A DNA stretch of 64,000 bases from the NCBI GenBank assembly GCA_037190965.1, contig JBBCKI010000048.1, positions 1 through 64,000 on the forward strand. The letters run 5' to 3'. Positions 1-10,801 of this stretch are shown one piece after another (the stretch's first letter is position 1; every line of letters starts with the position of its first letter). The stretch is from Chthoniobacteraceae bacterium. GTDB lineage: Bacteria > Verrucomicrobiota > Verrucomicrobiia > Chthoniobacterales > Chthoniobacteraceae. Both the position numbers and the translations under genes were made by a program. The notes under the pieces are model-generated. The model saw nothing but the letters and a program-made list of their open reading frames with translations. It searched no databases and had not been told where the DNA came from.

Positions 1-127
1 GGCTCTATGGCTTCACGAGGGTCGCATCCCAACAACAGAAGCCCATCCTGCGGGGATGGGCATCAAACGCGATACTTCGCCCATCCCGCGCTCGACGGCG
101 CGAGCGGGCTACCGGTGCTGCCGCACC
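1..127. repeat. REPIN/MITE-like element family A, partial copy (left arm outside window)
   Basis: Right arm CCCGCGCTCGACGGCGCGAGCGGGCTACC (85-113) and internal TCCTGCGGGGATGGGCATCAAACGCG match the copies at 25052, 45883 and 55291. Confidence 0.8.
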
Positions 128-199
128 AACGGCGGCATATATGCCCCGCAAACTACACAACACCACCGCGAGCAACATCGATTCCGGGTTTAAAACGGA

Positions 200-227
200 A
201 ACAGGCCGGGATTTCTCCCGGCCTGTT
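200..227 (-). terminator. Intrinsic terminator ending the ribosomal cluster after rpsD
   Basis: Perfect 12-bp stem AACAGGCCGGGA-TTTC-TCCCGGCCTGTT followed by a T-rich tract on the minus strand. Confidence 0.8.
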
Positions 228-270
228 GCTATAAAGAACTGACAAATTGCTCGGCTCCGGACCCTCTCCC

Positions 271-882
271 TTAGCGGGAGTAGAGTTCGACGATCAACTG
301 TTCGTTGACGATCGGCGCAATCTCGTCGCGGGTCGGAATGCGGGAAACCGTCCCGGAGAAGTGCTCCTTGTCAGCTTCGAGCCAAGCCGGAATCGGCGCG
401 ATCTGCGTCAATTCCAAAAAGCGAGCGGCGAGGCTGCGGGAAGCGGGCTTGTCCTTGATGACGATCTTGTCGCCGGGGCGCACGCTGAACGAAGAGACGT
501 CCACCTTGCGGCCGTTCACCGTGACGTGACCGTGAGAAACCAACTGACGGGCCGCAGCGCGGGAATTTGCGAACCCGAGGCGATAAACGACGTTGTCGAG
601 GCGGGTTTCAAGCAGCTGAAGCAGGATTTCGCCCGTGATACCACGGCGGGTCGCCGCGATCTCGAAGTAGCGGCGGAACTGGCGTTCGAGGACACCGTAC
701 TGATAGCGGAGCTTCTGCTTTTCGGCGAGGGCCACCGAGTACTCCGACTGCTTGCGCCGGGAGCCTTTGGGGCCGTGCATGCCGGGACCGTAGTTCTTAC
801 GCTCCAATGCTTTTGAAGGGCCAAAGATAGGCACTCCGAAGCGGCGGCTGATTTTCGATTTAGGACCAGTATAACGAGCCAT
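271..882 (-). CDS. rpsD: 30S ribosomal protein S4
   Basis: MARYTGPK.. start, LETRLDNVVYRLGFA S4 motif, ends IVELYSR. Confidence 0.98.
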   Translation of the reverse strand: MARYTGPKSKISRRFGVPIFGPSKALERKNYGPGMHGPKGSRRKQSEYSVALAEKQKLRYQYGVLERQFRRYFEIAATRRGITGEILLQLLETRLDNVVYRLGFANSRAAARQLVSHGHVTVNGRKVDVSSFSVRPGDKIVIKDKPASRSLAARFLELTQIAPIPAWLEADKEHFSGTVSRIPTRDEIAPIVNEQLIVELYSR

Positions 883-920
883 AAAAAATGAGTTAGAAAA
901 CTGCTAACGATGCAGAGGCA

Positions 921-1511
921 TCAGACACGCCGCTGCTTCGGAGGACGGCAACCGTTATGAGGAACCGGGGTAACGTCACGAATCACCGTGATGTCGAGTC
1001 CCATGGCCTGCATGGCGCGGACAGCCGACTCGCGTCCGGCCCCAGGGCCTTTCACGCGGACTTCCACTTCCTTGAGGCCGTGCCCCATTGCCTGGCGGCA
1101 AGCGTCCTGCGCGACCATCTGGGCGGCATAAGCGGTGCTCTTACGGGAACCACGGAACCCGGCCTTGCCTGCGCTCGACCAACCGATGACGGCACCCGTG
1201 AGGTCGGTGATGCTGACGATCGTGTTGTTGAAGCTGGCTTGAACGTGCGCAACGCCCGTGTGGACGTTCTTGGCACCCTTGGCCTTGATAATCTTGACCG
1301 GCTCGATGACGTTCTGGTCCAGAGAGAGGTTTTCCTCTTTCTTCGGCTCGGCGGCAGCGGCTGCGGCTGCGGCTTTCTTCTTGGGCGCAGCCTTTTTCTT
1401 GGCGGGCGCGGCGGTGGCTCCCTCAGCGGCGGCTGCGGCTGGAGCCGCTGCTTCTGCAACAGGAGCGGCCGGGGTTTCCGGCGTCTCGGGTGCGTTCGTT
1501 TCTTCTGCCAT
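921..1511 (-). CDS. rpsK: 30S ribosomal protein S11 with long Ala/Pro/Glu/Lys-rich N-terminal extension
   Basis: [38 protein letters not shown]. Confidence 0.97.
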   Translation of the reverse strand: MAEETNAPETPETPAAPVAEAAAPAAAAAEGATAAPAKKKAAPKKKAAAAAAAAEPKKEENLSLDQNVIEPVKIIKAKGAKNVHTGVAHVQASFNNTIVSITDLTGAVIGWSSAGKAGFRGSRKSTAYAAQMVAQDACRQAMGHGLKEVEVRVKGPGAGRESAVRAMQAMGLDITVIRDVTPVPHNGCRPPKQRRV

Positions 1512-1572
1512 AAATGATCGGGTTCTTGTAATTCTAAGAAGCTCCAGGACTTACCTGACGCTATTTTTGGCG

Positions 1573-1956
1573 CTATTTCTTGTCCTTGGCACGCTGGACG
1601 CCAACGGTCCGGCGCGGACCCTTGCGGGTACGGGCGTTAGTAGAGGTGCGCTGACCGCGGACCGGGAGACCACGACGATGGCGCAAACCGCGATAGCAGT
1701 TGATCGCCTGGAGACGCTTCAGATTACTCTGAATATCCCGACGGAGATCGCCCTCGATGAGGATCTGGTTGGCGGTAATCGCCTGGATGATCTGGTTGAT
1801 CTGCTCCACCGACAGGTCCTTTGCGCGGGTGTCGGGATTGATGTTGGTCTGTTCGAGGATCTTTTTCGCCCAAGACGGTCCGATGCCGTAAATGTACGGC
1901 AGGGAGGCCTCAATGCGCTTATCGCCGGGAATCTCAACTCCAAGTAGTCGTGGCAT
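1573..1956 (-). CDS. rpsM: 30S ribosomal protein S13
   Basis: [10 protein letters not shown] start (ATG at 1956), [26 protein letters not shown]. Confidence 0.97.
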   Translation of the reverse strand: MPRLLGVEIPGDKRIEASLPYIYGIGPSWAKKILEQTNINPDTRAKDLSVEQINQIIQAITANQILIEGDLRRDIQSNLKRLQAINCYRGLRHRRGLPVRGQRTSTNARTRKGPRRTVGVQRAKDKK

Positions 1957-1982
1957 ATGCTGAAAATTTTCTGTCGCCGAGG

Positions 1983-2096
1983 TTAGCCTTGCCGCTGTTT
2001 GTGCCGAGCGTTTTTGCACAAAACGCGCACCACGTTCTTGCGTTTAACGATCTTGCAAGACTCGCACAATCTCTTAACCGATGCTCTAACTTTCAT
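1983..2096 (-). CDS. rpmJ: 50S ribosomal protein L36 (not in ORF track)
   Basis: Hand translation [37 protein letters not shown]; zinc-binding C/C/C/H type; canonical position. Confidence 0.97.
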   Translation of the reverse strand: MKVRASVKRLCESCKIVKRKNVVRVLCKNARHKQRQG

Positions 2097-2186
2097 AATT
2101 CTAAGCCCTGTCGGGTTCCAAAACTGGGGACGAAAAAACCGCTCGGAAAGAAACCGAATCTTTCCGGAGCGACTTTCTAAAAACAG

Positions 2187-2405
2187 TTACTTTTTTCTAA
2201 AGGTAATTCGCCCTTTCGACAAGTCGTAAGGGGACATTTCTAGCAGAACTTTGTCGCCTGGCAAGATTCTAATGAAGTGTAATCGCATTTTTCCTGAAAT
2301 ATGCGCCAAAACACGGTGTCCATTGGGCAGTTCCACCCGGAACATCGTGTTGGGGAGCAGTTCCAATACCCTGCCTTCTACTTCAATAGCGTCTTTTCTC
2401 GCCAT
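2187..2405 (-). CDS. infA: Translation initiation factor IF-1
   Basis: [42 protein letters not shown]. Confidence 0.98.
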   Translation of the reverse strand: MARKDAIEVEGRVLELLPNTMFRVELPNGHRVLAHISGKMRLHFIRILPGDKVLLEMSPYDLSKGRITFRKK

Positions 2406-3142
2406 GTAAGGATCTCCGGTTCTCCGCGGGTCACCAAAACGGTATGTTCAAAATGAGCCGAGGGTTTCGCGTCGGTCGTCACGACCGTCCAACCGTCGGG
2501 AAGGATGCGGACTCCGCTCCCGCCAAGGTTGACCATCGGTTCGATGGCCAGCGTCATTCCGGCCTTCAATCTCGGCCCGGTCCCGCGCCGTCCGTAATTC
2601 GGGATCTGCGGCTCTTCATGAAGCTGCCGCCCCACGCCGTGACCCACGAACTCCCGAACCACCGTGAAACCTCCCTCAACCACCTTTTCTTCAACGGAAG
2701 CACACAAATCGCCAAGCCGTCCGCCATCCACGGCGTAGGAAATCGCCTCGTAAAGAGACTCCTCTGTGACCTGCAACAACCGCTGCACGGCTTCATCCAC
2801 AACGCCAACGGGAACCGTTGTGGCCGTATCGCCAACCCAGCCGTTCTGGATGACGCCGATATCGATCTTTACCACGTCACCGTACTGGATCTTTCGAGCT
2901 CCCCCAATTCCGTGAACCACTTCTTCGTTCACCGAAATGCAAATGTGGCCCGGAAATCCCCGGTAGTTCAAAAACGCGCTCTTGCAACCGGCTTCCGCGA
3001 TCAAATCGGCCGCGGCCGAGTCGATTTCTCCGGTGGTCGCACCGGGACGGACAAGCCCGGCAAGCCGATCCCGGATCGCACCCGCGGTCTGGCAGGCGAT
3101 TCGCATCTTATCAATCTCCTTGGCAGTCTTGATCGGGATCAT
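2378..3142 (-). CDS. map: Methionine aminopeptidase type I
   Basis: [36 protein letters not shown]. Confidence 0.97.
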   Translation of the reverse strand: MIPIKTAKEIDKMRIACQTAGAIRDRLAGLVRPGATTGEIDSAAADLIAEAGCKSAFLNYRGFPGHICISVNEEVVHGIGGARKIQYGDVVKIDIGVIQNGWVGDTATTVPVGVVDEAVQRLLQVTEESLYEAISYAVDGGRLGDLCASVEEKVVEGGFTVVREFVGHGVGRQLHEEPQIPNYGRRGTGPRLKAGMTLAIEPMVNLGGSGVRILPDGWTVVTTDAKPSAHFEHTVLVTRGEPEILTWREKTLLK

Positions 3143-3786
3143 TCGGCCTCCAAAATTGAGGAAATCTGGGCGAACACCGTCTCAGGCCGCTCAGCAGCTT
3201 TCAACTCGAAAAGCAGCCCGCGTCCGCGATAGAAAGCGACGAGGGGCTCCGTTTTTTCATGATATTCGATCATGCGCTGCTCGAGGGCTTCGAGCGTGTC
3301 GTCATTGCGGCGGCACAGCGTCCCTCCGCACTCGGGACAGGCATCGCTTTCATTGGCGATCTGCAAGCCGATCTTGAAAATTCTGCCGCAGTCGCGGCAA
3401 CTCACCCGATTCAGAACCCGATTGCGGATCTCATCAAGGGAAACATTGAAGAAGAAAACCGCCTCAAGCGGTGTATTCCGCGCCGCCAGAAGATGGTCCA
3501 GCTCGACAGCCTGCGGAACCGTGCGTGGAAATCCGTCGAAAACAAAGGAATCACCATGACTTTCCAGCCACTTCCCGACGAGTTCCGTAACCATCGCGTC
3601 AGGGACGAGTTGACCCCGGCTTGTCAGTGCATTGGCCGCCGCACCCAGTTCGGTGCCCCGGCGTAACTCGTCGCGGAGCATGGCACCACTGGAAGTAGGC
3701 TCGATGTTAAAGCGGGCTTTGATCAGCTCGGCCTGCGTGCCCTTCCCCGATGCGGGTGGCCCAAGTAACACGATCCTTGTTTTCAC
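3139..3786 (-). CDS. adk: Adenylate kinase with Cys4 zinc LID
   Basis: GPPASGKGTQ P-loop, FDGFPRT, CRDC..CPEC. Confidence 0.96.
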   Translation of the reverse strand: MKTRIVLLGPPASGKGTQAELIKARFNIEPTSSGAMLRDELRRGTELGAAANALTSRGQLVPDAMVTELVGKWLESHGDSFVFDGFPRTVPQAVELDHLLAARNTPLEAVFFFNVSLDEIRNRVLNRVSCRDCGRIFKIGLQIANESDACPECGGTLCRRNDDTLEALEQRMIEYHEKTEPLVAFYRGRGLLFELKAAERPETVFAQISSILEAE

Positions 3787-3852
3787 GAGCCTGGTACCCT
3801 CGTTGATCTTGTTGAAGATGGTGACGTCGCCTTCAAAACAGACCCGGGCGGA

Positions 3853-5358
3853 TTAGCGGAAGCGTTGGGCGATATAGATCACCATGACACCCAGCACCAG
3901 AAGCGCCACGGCCGCGTAACCCCAAACCAGGGCACTCTGCTGGACTGCCTCGCCGCGTCCGGCAGGACTGCGGTCGGAGCGTCCCCGGATCTTCCCCTTG
4001 CGGAGGAACCCGTCGTAATGACGCTGAATGAGGTGAGTCTCGATCTGCCGCATCGTGTCGAGCACGACGCCGACGATAATCAGGAGGCCCGTGCCGCCAA
4101 AGAATTGAGCCGTCATCTGCGGGACGTGCAGTTGGCGGGCCAGCATCTGGGGAAGAATTGCAATGATCGTCAGGAAGACCGCACCGGCGAAGGTGAGACG
4201 GGTCATCGTGAAGTCGAGGAAGTCAGCCGTCGGCTTGCCCGGGCGAACGCCTGGGATATAACCGCCGTACTTCTTAAGATCCTCTGCAATCTGCTGGGGT
4301 TGGAACTGCGTCGCCACCCAGAAGTAGCTGAAGAAGAAAATCATCACGCCGTAGAGGCTGTAGTGAACCCAGCCATCCGTCAGCGCGGACGCGATCCGGC
4401 CTGCCAAGGGACTATTCTTGAAGGCCATGTTGACGATCTGCGCCGGGAACATCAGCAACGCTTGGGCGAAAATGATCGGCATGACCCCGGCGTAGTTCAC
4501 CTTCAGCGGCATGTACTGAGTCTGTCCGCCGTAGACCTTCCGGCCCACGACGCGTTTCGCGTACTGAACGCTGATCTTCCTTTGGGCCTGGGTGACGCAA
4601 ATAACGGCCGCGATCACCAACAGGAAGAACGCGATCAGCATCACCAGCACCATCGGACTCACCTGGCTTCCCTGTCCTGCGCTCGGAACAAAAATTCTCC
4701 AAGCCTGGATCAGAGCTCCGGGAAGCTGGGCAACGATGCCGACGGTAATGATCATCGACATCCCGTTCCCTACGCCGCGATCGGTGATTTGATCACCGAT
4801 CCACATCAGGAACGTTGTTGCCGCCGTCAACGTGATCACCGATGAAACGATGAACAATGGACCCGGATTCACGACGAGATCTCGCCCTAGGCGGGCAATC
4901 GTATCGTTGATGCCGTGAAGCATCGGGTTCGACGACGGATTCTGGAATGTCAGGGCCAGAAGATAGCCCTGGAAAATGCACAGCGCGATCGTTGCGTATC
5001 GCGTGTATTGCATGATCTTTTGCCTTCCCCCATCTTCCTTGGAAAGTTTGCTGAGCTGCGGGATGACCGCGGTCAACAACTGCAACATGATCGACGCGCT
5101 GATGTAGGGCATGACCCCCAGCGAGAAGATGGCACAGTTCTCCAAAGCGCCGCCGCTGAACAGGTTAAAGAGAGCGACGACGCTCCCGCCCTGTTGCTGG
5201 GTCACTTCCGTGGCGAACCACTCCTTCAACACCGAGGGATCGACACCGGGGACCGCAATGACGGCCCCGACGCGGACGACGATCAGAAGGAGCAGGGTGA
5301 AAATAACACGATTCCGGAGTTCCGGAATTTTAAACGTGTTGGAGAAGGCTGAAATCAT
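3853..5358 (-). CDS. secY: Preprotein translocase SecY with C-terminal extension
   Basis: IFSLGVMPYISASI, GVGNGMS, GYIPGVRPG, GGTGLLIIVGV. Confidence 0.98.
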   Translation of the reverse strand: MISAFSNTFKIPELRNRVIFTLLLLIVVRVGAVIAVPGVDPSVLKEWFATEVTQQQGGSVVALFNLFSGGALENCAIFSLGVMPYISASIMLQLLTAVIPQLSKLSKEDGGRQKIMQYTRYATIALCIFQGYLLALTFQNPSSNPMLHGINDTIARLGRDLVVNPGPLFIVSSVITLTAATTFLMWIGDQITDRGVGNGMSMIITVGIVAQLPGALIQAWRIFVPSAGQGSQVSPMVLVMLIAFFLLVIAAVICVTQAQRKISVQYAKRVVGRKVYGGQTQYMPLKVNYAGVMPIIFAQALLMFPAQIVNMAFKNSPLAGRIASALTDGWVHYSLYGVMIFFFSYFWVATQFQPQQIAEDLKKYGGYIPGVRPGKPTADFLDFTMTRLTFAGAVFLTIIAILPQMLARQLHVPQMTAQFFGGTGLLIIVGVVLDTMRQIETHLIQRHYDGFLRKGKIRGRSDRSPAGRGEAVQQSALVWGYAAVALLVLGVMVIYIAQRFR

Positions 5359-5376
5359 GCGGGCGGTTGGAACCCG

Positions 5377-5844
5377 TTATTTGGCTTCAGCTGAAGCGGC
5401 TTCAACCGTTGCAACAGAACCACCAGCCTTCTGGATCTTCTCTGCTGCGGCGGCGCTCACCTTGTCAACGCTGATGGTGAGTTTCTTGGTTACTTCGCCG
5501 GTTGCGAGGAGCTTCACTCCATCGTAATTCCCGCGAATGAGACCCTTCTCCAGCAACGCTGCCTCGTTCACCGTGGCACCGTCCTCGAAGGCCTCGAGGT
5601 CCGTCAGATTGACAACCGCGTAAACCGTCTTGAACTGAGCGTTGTTGAACCCGCGCTTGGGCAAGCGACGGATAAGGGGCATCTGGCCGCCTTCGAACCC
5701 GAGGCGGAGCGAACCGCCCGAACGGGCCTTCTGACCTTTGTGCCCTTTGCCGGAGGTCTTACCGTGTCCGGAGCTTTCGCCGCATCCAAGCCGCTTAACG
5801 CGGTGTTTGGAACCGGGGCGGGGCTTCAAGTTATTGAGATTCAT
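5377..5844 (-). CDS. rplO: 50S ribosomal protein L15
   Basis: GKTSGKGHKGQKAR, FEGGQMPLIRRLPKRGF. Confidence 0.97.
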   Translation of the reverse strand: MNLNNLKPRPGSKHRVKRLGCGESSGHGKTSGKGHKGQKARSGGSLRLGFEGGQMPLIRRLPKRGFNNAQFKTVYAVVNLTDLEAFEDGATVNEAALLEKGLIRGNYDGVKLLATGEVTKKLTISVDKVSAAAAEKIQKAGGSVATVEAASAEAK

Positions 5845-5889
5845 AGACAAATCTGTGATTAAGCTACTGTGAGCTTGATTGACCTCTGA

Positions 5890-6438
5890 TTAAACTTCGG
5901 CAGGAGCCGCGGCCGCCGGCTTTGCGATGCCGCGAATCTTGTAAATTTCGTCACGCTGACGCAGCCCGTGGAGCGCTTCAATGGTCGCCTTGACCACGTT
6001 GGCGTGGTTGCTGGAACCGAGCGACTTCGCGAGAACGTCGCGGATCCCCGCGGCTTCCACCACGGCGCGAACCCCGCCACCGGCGATGACACCGGTACCC
6101 GGAGAAGCAGGACGCAGGAGCACCCGGCCACCGCCGAATTCACCGATCACTTCGTGAGGGATGGTGTTTTCGCGGATTGCCACGGGGCGAAGCGCCTTCT
6201 TGGCGGCCTCAGAAGCCTTCCGAATCGCTTCGGAAACCTCATTCGCCTTGCCGAAGCCGTATCCGACCTTCCCGGCGCGGTTGCCGGTGACGATCAGGGC
6301 GCTGAAGCTGAAACGGCGTCCGCCTTTCACGACTTTGGCGCAACGATTGATGAAGACCACCTTTTCGGTGAGATCCGACTTCGGTTCGGAGGATTCCCTC
6401 CGCTCGCGGCGGTCGTTTTTACGTTGAGGAGCTGCCAT
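5890..6438 (-). CDS. rpsE: 30S ribosomal protein S5
   Basis: [26 protein letters not shown]. Confidence 0.97.
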   Translation of the reverse strand: MAAPQRKNDRRERRESSEPKSDLTEKVVFINRCAKVVKGGRRFSFSALIVTGNRAGKVGYGFGKANEVSEAIRKASEAAKKALRPVAIRENTIPHEVIGEFGGGRVLLRPASPGTGVIAGGGVRAVVEAAGIRDVLAKSLGSSNHANVVKATIEALHGLRQRDEIYKIRGIAKPAAAAPAEV

Positions 6439-6440
6439 AA

Positions 6441-6797
6441 TTAAAATTCAAGTCCCGCTTCACGCGCGGCGTCAGCCAGCGCTTTTACTTTACCGTGGTA
6501 CTGGAAGCCACCGCGGTCGAACACCACTTTGCTCACCTGGGCGCTTTTGCTGCGCTCGGCGATCAGTTTGCCGATCGTCAGGGCGGTGGCAACGTTGGCG
6601 CGGAGCGACTTATCGCCCTGAAGCCCCTTTTCCGTGGTGGTCGCAGCCGCGAGGGTGCGTCCCGCCACGTCGTCAATCACCTGGGCATAAATATTCTTGC
6701 CCGAAAAATGAACCGCCAACCGGGGGCGTTCAGCCGTTCCCGATACCCGTTTGCGAATCCGGGCGTGGCGCATCTTAACTTTTTGCAGAGAAGCCAT
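6441..6797 (-). CDS. rplR: 50S ribosomal protein L18
   Basis: [35 protein letters not shown]. Confidence 0.97.
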   Translation of the reverse strand: MASLQKVKMRHARIRKRVSGTAERPRLAVHFSGKNIYAQVIDDVAGRTLAAATTTEKGLQGDKSLRANVATALTIGKLIAERSKSAQVSKVVFDRGGFQYHGKVKALADAAREAGLEF

Positions 6798-6815
6798 ACG
6801 ACGTTACTCCAAATA

Positions 6816-7355
6816 TTACTGAACTGTCTTACCTTCCTTACGCAGGATCTTCTCGCCGGCATACCGGACACCCTTGCCTTTGTAAGGCTCAGGCGGATAG
6901 TAGGAACGGATATCCGAGGCGACCTGACCGACCACCTTCTTGTCAATCCCTTCGATGCGGATCTTGGTGTTGTCGGTGACGGTGATTTTGATCCCTTCGG
7001 GGATCGGGAAGAGAATCGGGTGCGAGAAGCCGAGCGCCAGGTTGAGAACCGAGCCCTGAACGGCAGACTTGAAACCGACCCCGTGAATTTCGAGGTCCTT
7101 GACGAAACCGGTGGAAACGCCGGTCACCATGTTGGCGACCAAGGCGCGTGAGAGGCCGTGCAATGCGCGGACGTTGCGGTTGTCACCGCTGCGTTCCACG
7201 AGCACCGTCGAGTTCTCGATACGGGCAGAAATCTGCTTGGGCAGTGTCCACTCGAGCTTCCCCTTGGGACCTTCAACTTTCACCCCGCCCTCGGGCGAGA
7301 TGGCGATCTTTACCGAACCCGGCAGATCGATGATCTTTTTTCCAATTCGCGACAT
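6816..7355 (-). CDS. rplF: 50S ribosomal protein L6
   Basis: MSRIGK, PPEPYKGKGVRY. Confidence 0.97.
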   Translation of the reverse strand: MSRIGKKIIDLPGSVKIAISPEGGVKVEGPKGKLEWTLPKQISARIENSTVLVERSGDNRNVRALHGLSRALVANMVTGVSTGFVKDLEIHGVGFKSAVQGSVLNLALGFSHPILFPIPEGIKITVTDNTKIRIEGIDKKVVGQVASDIRSYYPPEPYKGKGVRYAGEKILRKEGKTVQ

Positions 7356-7370
7356 ACGGATTACCAGGTT

Positions 7371-7769
7371 TTACCAAACGTAGGCGAGCAGTTCGCCGCC
7401 GACATTCTGTTTCTTTGCTTCACGGCCCGTCACAATCCCGCGAGGGGTGGAAAGGATCGAAATCCCGAGACCGCCGAGAACGCGGGGGATTTCCTTGGAT
7501 CCAACGTAACGACGGAGACCAGGGCGGCTGACGCGCTTAAGGCCCGTGATCGCAGGGGTGCGATTCACGAACTTGTTCGCGATACGGATGACAGGAAACG
7601 TGCCCGTGGTGTCGAGTTCGTAGTTCGAGATGTACCCTTCCTGCTTGAGCAGGCGGGCGATCTCAATCTTGATCTTCGAGTAGGGAACAACGGTTTCCGC
7701 CTTCTGAGCGCCGGCGCTGTTACGCAGCCGCGTCAGGAAATCTGCTATAGGATCGGACAAATTGCTCAT
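7371..7769 (-). CDS. rpsH: 30S ribosomal protein S8
   Basis: DPIADFLTRLRN, SRPGLRRY, GGELLAYVW. Confidence 0.97.
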   Translation of the reverse strand: MSNLSDPIADFLTRLRNSAGAQKAETVVPYSKIKIEIARLLKQEGYISNYELDTTGTFPVIRIANKFVNRTPAITGLKRVSRPGLRRYVGSKEIPRVLGGLGISILSTPRGIVTGREAKKQNVGGELLAYVW

Positions 7770-7799
7770 ATAATAACTACAACCTCAAATGGGGCCAAA

Positions 7800-8360
7800 C
7801 TAAGCGGCCTTCTTCGCCTTGTCGGTGAAGGGGACACCCAATTCAACCAGCAACGCCTTCGCGTGTTCGTTGGTGCGGGCGCTGGTGACGATCGTCACGT
7901 CAAACCCGATGTTGCGCTTGATCTTATCGAGCTCAACCTCTGGGAAAATGCTCTGATCGGTGACGCCGAGCGTATAATTCCCCTGCCCGTCGAAGGCGCG
8001 AGGAGAAATGCCACGGAAGTCACGGATACGGGGAAGCGCCATGCGGATGAGGCGCTCGAGGAACTCATACATCCGGGCGCCACGAAGGGTCACCTTGGCG
8101 CCGATGGCCTGCGCTTCGCGGAGTTTGAAGTTCGAAATGCTCTTCTTTGCGCGGGTCTCGGCGGGGCGCTGACCGGTGATCAGCGTGAGTTCCGCTTTCG
8201 CGTCTTCAAGCGCCTGTTTCACATCCGAAGCCGAGCCGACGCTCGTGTTGATCACGATCTTTTCGACACGGGGAACCTCGTGGATGTTCTTGCAGCCGAG
8301 CTGGGCCGTAAGCGCGGGGATGACCCGTTCTTTGTATTCTTGGTAAAGTGCGACTGGCAT
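7800..8360 (-). CDS. rplE: 50S ribosomal protein L5
   Basis: LITGQRP, LPRIRDFRG, FDGQGNY. Confidence 0.97.
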   Translation of the reverse strand: MPVALYQEYKERVIPALTAQLGCKNIHEVPRVEKIVINTSVGSASDVKQALEDAKAELTLITGQRPAETRAKKSISNFKLREAQAIGAKVTLRGARMYEFLERLIRMALPRIRDFRGISPRAFDGQGNYTLGVTDQSIFPEVELDKIKRNIGFDVTIVTSARTNEHAKALLVELGVPFTDKAKKAA

Positions 8361-8404
8361 AAACAGATGCTAGCGATAAATGGCTTGGTTTGAACAGCCT
8401 TCTC

Positions 8405-8677
8405 TTAGGCCGCCTTTTTCTTTCCGGTGGTCTCGGACTTGTTGGCCTTCTCGACAACTTTGACGTTGGAGATGTGCACCGGCCCTTCGCGCTCGATGAT
8501 GGCGCCCTGAGGGTTGTCCTGGGACTTGCGGGTGTGTTTTTTGATGAGGCGAACGCCCTCGATCAACACGTGGCTTTTCTTGGGAAGAACCTGGAGGACT
8601 TTTCCTGTGGCCCCTTTATGGTTCCCGGAGATCACTTCCACCTGATCTCCCTTCTTAACGTGAAATTTCTGGCTCAT
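8405..8677 (-). CDS. rplX: 50S ribosomal protein L24
   Basis: VKKGDQVEVISG KOW motif, EGPVHISNV; ATG at 8677 preferred. Confidence 0.95.
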   Translation of the reverse strand: MSQKFHVKKGDQVEVISGNHKGATGKVLQVLPKKSHVLIEGVRLIKKHTRKSQDNPQGAIIEREGPVHISNVKVVEKANKSETTGKKKAA

Positions 8678-8703
8678 GGAGTTTGGAATGTCGGACTTAA
8701 ACC

Positions 8704-9069
8704 TCAAAGAACTTCAGGAGCAAGCGAGACGATCTTCATGAAGTTGCGCTCGCGCAACTCACGTGCGACCGGCCCGAAGATACGCGTTCCGCGTGGGTTC
8801 GAGTCTTTGTCAATGATGACGATGGCGTTCTTGTCGAAGCGGAGGTAGGAACCGTCTTCGCGGCGAACCGGCTGCCTGGTGCGAACAACCACTGCGCGGA
8901 CGACGTCGCCCTTCTTCACGCTCCCGCCGGGCGAAGCCTCGCGGATGTGGGCGGTGATGATATCACCCACGCGTGCTTCTTTCGTCGGCTTGCCGATGAC
9001 GCCAATCATCTTGGCCATGCGTGCGCCCGTGTTGTCGGCGACATCGAGTCTGGATCGAATCTGGAGCAT
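8704..9069 (-). CDS. rplN: 50S ribosomal protein L14
   Basis: [29 protein letters not shown]. Confidence 0.98.
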   Translation of the reverse strand: MLQIRSRLDVADNTGARMAKMIGVIGKPTKEARVGDIITAHIREASPGGSVKKGDVVRAVVVRTRQPVRREDGSYLRFDKNAIVIIDKDSNPRGTRIFGPVARELRERNFMKIVSLAPEVL

Positions 9070-9096
9070 ATTGCGAAAAGGGGTATCTAGCTTACA

Positions 9097-9375
9097 CTAA
9101 TGTTTGAGGATTTCAACAATCCTCCAGCGCTTCAATTTGCTGAGGGGGCGGGTCTCCATGATGCGAACGGTGTCGCCGACCTGCGCCTTGTTTTCTTCGT
9201 CGTGCGCGTGGAACTTCTTCACCTGCTTGACAATCTTGCCGAAGCGGGGGTGCGGGACGCGCGTCACCGTCTCAATGACGGCGGTCTTGTTCATCTTGCT
9301 GGAAACCACCTGTCCCACCCTCGTCTTACGGAGGTTGCGGGCGTCCTGGTTTTCGATCGTTTGATTCTCGCTCAT
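9097..9375 (-). CDS. rpsQ: 30S ribosomal protein S17
   Basis: [26 protein letters not shown]. Confidence 0.97.
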   Translation of the reverse strand: MSENQTIENQDARNLRKTRVGQVVSSKMNKTAVIETVTRVPHPRFGKIVKQVKKFHAHDEENKAQVGDTVRIMETRPLSKLKRWRIVEILKH

Positions 9376-9389
9376 GGTTTCGCTTGGGC

Positions 9390-9596
9390 TTACGCCTTGG
9401 TGGCCTGCTGGGCTTTGCGTTCGGTGATCACGGTCTCGATGCGGGCGATGTCGCGGCGCACCGCGCGGATCTCGCTCGGTTTCTCGAGCTGACCGATCTT
9501 GCCCTGAAGGCGGAGACGAAAAGTTGTTTCGCGAAGCTCGCGCTCGCGCACCTCCAGCTCCTCGGTGCTCAATTCTCTGATTTCTTTAATCTTCAT
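9390..9596 (-). CDS. rpmC: 50S ribosomal protein L29
   Basis: [21 protein letters not shown]; synteny. Confidence 0.95.
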   Translation of the reverse strand: MKIKEIRELSTEELEVRERELRETTFRLRLQGKIGQLEKPSEIRAVRRDIARIETVITERKAQQATKA

Positions 9597-9632
9597 ACCT
9601 GTTTGGTAAAGGGTCGGGCTTAAGGATCGGCC

Positions 9633-10055
9633 TTAGGCCGCGGCGCGATGGCGGGTCAGGAACCGGGTGCGGATCGGTAGCTTGGTCGCGGCGAGACGCA
9701 GCGACTCACGAGCCACCGATTCGGGAATCCCGTCGAGTTCGAACAGGATGTTCCCCGGGCGGACAACGGCGACCCAGTATTCGGGAGCACCCTTACCTTT
9801 ACCCATTCGGGTTTCCGGCGGCCGGGAAGTTACGGACTTGTCCGGGAAGATCCGGATCCAGAGCTTGCCTTTACGCTTCATGTTGCGGGTGAGCGCGACA
9901 CGGGCGGCTTCGATCTGGGTGTTAGTGATCCAAGCGCGCTCGAGCGTCTGCAACGCGTAAGCGCCGAAATCGATGGTCACGTTGCGCGAAGCAATCCCCT
10001 TGCGGCTTCCCCGCTGGGTCTTACGATACTTCACGCGTTTTGGCATCAATGGCAT
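9633..10055 (-). CDS. rplP: 50S ribosomal protein L16
   Basis: [24 protein letters not shown]. Confidence 0.98.
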   Translation of the reverse strand: MPLMPKRVKYRKTQRGSRKGIASRNVTIDFGAYALQTLERAWITNTQIEAARVALTRNMKRKGKLWIRIFPDKSVTSRPPETRMGKGKGAPEYWVAVVRPGNILFELDGIPESVARESLRLAATKLPIRTRFLTRHRAAA

Positions 10056-10095
10056 AGTGAGTCTCCTCTAAAAATCTCGGGCTTGGTTGCGCCTG

Positions 10096-10797
10096 TTATC
10101 TGTTCCGGTCGCGATCACGATCACGGTCGCGGCCTTCCCGACCCTCACGGACGGGCTGCTCTTTCTCGGTGCCGGGTTCGGGCTTGCACAGCCAGACCTT
10201 GACGCCAATCTTCCCATAAACCGTCATCGCTTCCGCGAAGCCGTAGTCGATCGGGGTACGGAGGGTGTGCAGTGGCACTTTCCCTTCATGGTAACGCTCA
10301 GCACGGGAAATTTCCGCGCCGCCGAGACGTCCGGCGCAACGGACCTTGATCCCCTGGGCGCCGAAATCCATCGTGGTCTGCACGGCCTTCTTCATCGCGC
10401 GGCGGAACGAAATACGGCGCTCGATCTGGAGGGAGATGTTCTCCGCGACCAGCTGGGCGTCGAGTTCCGGGGTCTTGATCTCTTGAATGTCGATCTTGAC
10501 CTGCTTGCCACCCGACATGGAGGCGATCTCTTCGGTCATCCGCTCGATCTCGGTTCCTTTACGGCCGATCACGATCCCGGGGCGGGCCGTGTAGATCGTT
10601 ACGCGGAGGCTGTTCCAGGCGCGCTCGATGACGATCTTCGCCACAGCGGCCAGGGCCAGTTTCTTTTTGACGTAGCCACGGATCTTGAGGTCCGTGTGAA
10701 GGAATTCCGGGAAATCCTTGGGCGATGCATACCACCGCGAGCGCCAGTCCCGATTGAGGGCGAGGCGGTAGCCGATTGGATTAACTTTCTGACCCAT
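10096..10797 (-). CDS. rpsC: 30S ribosomal protein S3
   Basis: [25 protein letters not shown]. Confidence 0.98.
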   Translation of the reverse strand: MGQKVNPIGYRLALNRDWRSRWYASPKDFPEFLHTDLKIRGYVKKKLALAAVAKIVIERAWNSLRVTIYTARPGIVIGRKGTEIERMTEEIASMSGGKQVKIDIQEIKTPELDAQLVAENISLQIERRISFRRAMKKAVQTTMDFGAQGIKVRCAGRLGGAEISRAERYHEGKVPLHTLRTPIDYGFAEAMTVYGKIGVKVWLCKPEPGTEKEQPVREGREGRDRDRDRDRNR

Positions 10798-10801
10798 AAA
10801 A

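Noticed and set aside
7..234. ORFs sharing ALDGASGLP-like peptides (also 45930+, 55215-55466)
   Set aside because: The similarity is simply translation of the family A repeat
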